Source: a bacterium (GTDB lineage Bacteria > Bacillota > Clostridia > Lachnospirales > Lachnospiraceae). Taken from it: a stretch of 52,388 nt of DNA. The stretch lies in assembly GCA_963649755.1 (NCBI GenBank), contig CAVJJQ010000001.1, positions 1-52,388 on the forward strand. The letters run 5' to 3'. A program made the position numbers and the translations under genes. The notes beneath the pieces were generated by a model. That model was given only the letters and a program-made list of their open reading frames with translations, was not told where the DNA came from and did no database searches. Below are positions 50,464-52,388 of this stretch, piece by piece (the stretch's first letter is position 1; every line of letters begins with the position of its first letter).

Positions 50464-50955
50464 TTAATCCATATGAATTCCCGCGTCCAAACAAATATCT
50501 TTTAAAAGAAGCGGCTTATAGCCGATTAAATTTGCTGAGATATTTTTGTGCTTACATTCCGGCACATCAATCCGGCTTCCGCTGTGTATATGACCGTGAA
50601 TATTTATGCAAAAATCAAGTCCTTTCACCGGTTCATGAGAAAGTAGTATTTCCCTTGAAATAAAAACAGGACCCGTGTAAACCTCGTCAAAATATTTCTC
50701 ATAATCGTGGCGTCTGTCATGATTTCCTATGATAAGTATTTTGAGTGCGGCATCAATCTCATCGATATAGGATGGCTTTCCCACATCACCGAGACTGATA
50801 AACACGTCGTCCTTTGTAACAAGATTATTTATATTCTTAAGTATTTCGGCCGGGCAAAGCCATTCCGGCCTGTCCTTGTCATCAAAATGAGTGTCCGAAA
50901 TTACATAAACGTTTCCTTTGTCAAACCAATGTCTGAATACAGGGTAAATGTTCAT
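50464..50955 (-). CDS. Calcineurin-like metallophosphoesterase
   Basis: SDTHF, LGDVG, GNHD, SHEP, HGHIH. Confidence 0.88.
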   Translation of the reverse strand: MNIYPVFRHWFDKGNVYVISDTHFDDKDRPEWLCPAEILKNINNLVTKDDVFISLGDVGKPSYIDEIDAALKILIIGNHDRRHDYEKYFDEVYTGPVFISREILLSHEPVKGLDFCINIHGHIHSGSRIDVPECKHKNISANLIGYKPLLLKDICLDAGIHMD

Positions 50956-50993
50956 ACGTGCCTCCGCTTACCCTATTGTAGCATAGATTTTTC

Positions 50994-52103
50994 TTACTCC
51001 ATATTCTTAACCGTAACTTTATTTTTACCGGTACGTTTTGATTCATACAAAGCCTCATCTGCAACCTCAATAAGATTGTGGATGTTGTCCGTGGTGACCG
51101 AGGGAGAAGGTGCTACACCCACACCGACGCTTACCGTTACATGGAAAGTCTCACCATTATATGTGATTTCCGTCTGTTCAATCGCAGCGCGTACTTTTTC
51201 CGCGGTCTCGGCAGGCACGTGACCGCACTGCATTAAGAGCAAGAATTCCTCACCGCCCCAACGGCAGAAATGGCTGTGTTCGCACATGACTCTAAGCGGA
51301 ACGGACGCGATGGTCTTAAGTACAAAATCGCCGCATTCATGCCCCCAGGTATCGTTTACGTGCTTGAAATTATCAATATCAAGCATGATGATTGCCGTAT
51401 TCTGTCTTCTGTTTCTTACAAGCAGATTGTCAAAGTATTCCTGCATACCGAAACGATTGAAAAGCCCGGTCAAAGCATCATGTCGATAAAGAAACTCATA
51501 TTTGGAATTTGCTTCTTTCATCTTTGTATGCGTTTCCCGGCGGACATACTCCATAATTACCGCGATGGCAAGCATGGAAATATAAAGGAATGGAAAACGC
51601 AGCATGAAAGTTTCGTTGTATTCATACTGCAAAAGGCTTTTGCCGGCCGGTGTCCAAAGCAAGAACATCAACATCGCCTGCGCTGCAAGCGAAAATAAAG
51701 TGCCGCCTTTTAAACCAAATATCAAAAGCGAAAAGCTCGGCACAAGGCATATCCAGAGAGCGCTGAAACCGTCGGGATTACCGCTGACGATAAAGTATCC
51801 AAGCAAAGCCAAAGCTTCGAATCCGAAAATCAAATGCAAAGCATGATCCGCTTTCCCGGTAATTAAAGTAAGCACCAAATTTCCGGCACATAAAATGCTG
51901 AATAAAAGTGTTATTCTTCCAAGGACGAATTCCTCGGTGAAGACATTGACGATTGTCATGATTAAGGAAATAAGAGAAACGGCACCGTTTATGATGATAA
52001 AAAGGAGTCGCATCCTCCTTCTGTCTGAAATAAGCGACTGCCTAGCCATCTCCATTAAATTTGCATATGTCTTCTTGTTGAATATACTTTTTAATCCTCT
52101 CAT
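50994..52103 (-). CDS. Membrane-bound diguanylate cyclase
   Basis: About 6 TM helices, DALTGLFNR, DIDNFKHVND..GH..GD, RWGGEEF, ADEALY. Confidence 0.94.
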   Translation of the reverse strand: MRGLKSIFNKKTYANLMEMARQSLISDRRRMRLLFIIINGAVSLISLIMTIVNVFTEEFVLGRITLLFSILCAGNLVLTLITGKADHALHLIFGFEALALLGYFIVSGNPDGFSALWICLVPSFSLLIFGLKGGTLFSLAAQAMLMFLLWTPAGKSLLQYEYNETFMLRFPFLYISMLAIAVIMEYVRRETHTKMKEANSKYEFLYRHDALTGLFNRFGMQEYFDNLLVRNRRQNTAIIMLDIDNFKHVNDTWGHECGDFVLKTIASVPLRVMCEHSHFCRWGGEEFLLLMQCGHVPAETAEKVRAAIEQTEITYNGETFHVTVSVGVGVAPSPSVTTDNIHNLIEVADEALYESKRTGKNKVTVKNME

Positions 52104-52179
52104 AGGTAACGACCTTTACATTAAAATGTACTCCGTGTTATTACATTCTAACAAACGGTTGTTTTCGAGGCATTAAAAT

Positions 52180-52388
52180 AGAGTTTCGCTTGCGAAACTC
52201 TCACGCCGTCCTCGCCCTCTCCGTCCTCGCTTCGCTCGGCCACCTCTCCCAAAGGGAGAGGCAAGCCCTCTCCGTCCTCGCTTCGCTCGGCCACCTCTCC
52301 CAAAGGGAGAGGCAAGCCCTGCCCTTGGCTCTCCCCTTGGCTCTCCCTCCCTTGGCTCTCCCTCCCTTGGCTCTCCCTCTGGGAGAGC
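52180..52388. repeat. REP-like palindromic element, copy 3, with internal tandem expansions (truncated by window end)
   Basis: 51-bp core twice (52214-52264, 52265-52315), CCCTTGGCTCTC(CCT) four times, then hairpin GCTCTCCC-TCT-GGGAGAGC. Confidence 0.92.

Noticed and set aside
52214..52380. Possible CRISPR array
   Set aside because: Units are directly tandem with no unique spacers, and there are no cas genes
1..52388. Identical 55 bp near both window ends suggesting a circular element
   Set aside because: The match lies in a dispersed repeat whose core is also at 15.6 kb, it stops short of the terminus, and the window carries core chromosomal genes (rpoBC)

Overview
Chromosomal segment of an anaerobic Firmicute, most likely a Lachnospiraceae-type rumen or gut bacterium (inferred from gene content). 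It begins and ends inside copies of one GC-rich palindromic REP-like element, with a third copy at about 15.6 kb. Recognisable content: a glycerol/G3P operon ending in glpK; rpoB-rpoC; a hybrid histidine kinase, GH3 beta-glucosidase, GtrA and DUF3048 cluster; degV(fakB)-fakA-plsY with a TetR regulator; an Opp-type ABC transporter; a GH42 beta-galactosidase; a metallophosphoesterase; and a GGDEF cyclase. Best candidates for undescribed biology: (1) the 6.4-15.3 kb locus, where an ECF sigma, a likely anti-sigma, a catalytically intact transglutaminase-like lipoprotein, a PilC/GspF platform and four pilin-like proteins (no canonical prepilin sites, no ATPase, no peptidase) face an operon with an ECF-type promoter encoding PilZ and two membrane proteins that share an 'I-x-[ED]-x-E-T-P-L-A + TM' motif; (2) a hypA-hypB-hypB nickel-insertion set coupled to a 942-aa Fe-S flavoprotein instead of a hydrogenase or urease; (3) a 32-aa type I toxin-like ORF missed by the ORF track, with a convergent antisense RNA and a LexA-like box; (4) an AT-rich three-gene DUF3990 (ADP-ribosyltransferase-like) module; (5) an Opp system with an RCC1-propeller permease and an apparently circularly permuted binding protein. 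All family calls come from motif recognition by eye; no searches were run.
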